Positions 63,326-64,000 of a stretch of 64,000 nt of DNA are shown here, one piece after another; the stretch's first letter is position 1; every line of letters starts with the position of its first letter. The DNA lies in assembly GCA_013265495.1 (NCBI GenBank), contig MU058337.1, positions 4,444,716 to 4,508,715 on the forward strand, in the 5' to 3' direction. Below the pieces are notes generated by a model. It saw nothing but the letters and a program-made list of their open reading frames with translations, had not been told where the DNA came from and searched no databases. The DNA comes from Vicugna vicugna (lineage: Eukaryota). Made by a program: the position numbers and the translations under genes.

Positions 63326-64000
63326 TCTGGGGATGAGAAAGGCTTTTCTACAGGCTCACCTGCTCTCTGACGGGGGATGTTGGAGGGACAGATGCAGGGA
63401 GAGGAAGGAGGCCCTGCCCTGGGTAAGTGAGAGCTGACGATAGGGTTTTGTTATTCATTATTCATCATCTATACTAGAAACGGAGAGTGCATGTGAAAAC
63501 TGGGACTTTGGCAGCTTAAAAAAAAAATAGGCTGCTAACATTTTACAGCCCCATATTCCTAAGTTAAACTGATTTTCTATATTTAGAGGCACTCAAGGTG
63601 AGGTTGGTTCTCTGAGCTCCTTGACTGAGAAAAAAGAAAGGTTACATTGGAATTATGCTTCAAAGATTGAATCAGTGCTCTTCCGTTTTATGAATGAATG
63701 GCAATGAATATATCTGGCATTTTATAATTTTTCTTACCACTCCTATTATCTTTCTTCCAGCTCACTTCTCCAATGACAGAGTGAGTTATTGACTGTCTTT
63801 TAGAAGTTCCATTTCACTGAACAAATGGTGACTATAAAAATCTGTCACTTGACCTAACACTGACTCAGATATTCAAAGCTCCATTTGATTAAAAAGAACT
63901 CATGGAAATGGGGGCCAATAAATGTTAGATTATAAGGAAATTGAGAAACTTCCTCCCCCACCCCCCGCCTCCAAGATTTGCTCTTTCAAAAATCAGTTGG

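Noticed and set aside
1..64000. CRISPR arrays, operons, rRNA/snRNA genes, intact proviral or full-length L1 coding regions
   Set aside because: None seen; the sequence is eukaryotic intron and intergenic DNA with only fragmentary repeats.

Overview
Mammalian nuclear DNA, very probably from a camelid: it carries six Vic-1-type tRNA-derived SINEs and young L1 3' ends. The only gene I can support is the 5' part of TPP2 (tripeptidyl-peptidase II) on the minus strand. Coding exons 1-5 lie at 21819-21983, 15256-15384, 6719-6814, 4860-4964 and 3970-4094, all with GT-AG junctions, and the gene continues beyond base 1. A TATA-less CpG-island promoter with CCAAT, GC and E boxes sits at about 21.4-22.5 kb. 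The remaining ~41 kb upstream is intergenic and full of L1, L2, MIR, MaLR/ERV LTRs and hAT DNA transposons; family names are from visual recognition, not a database search. Nearly all ORFs in the supplied track are spurious or repeat-derived. I found no convincing new biological system. The best leads are regulatory: unusual TPP2 splice signals, a CpG-rich old LTR next to a strong CTCF motif, a solo LTR with CRE and TATA pointing toward TPP2, and an atypical tailless L1 insertion.
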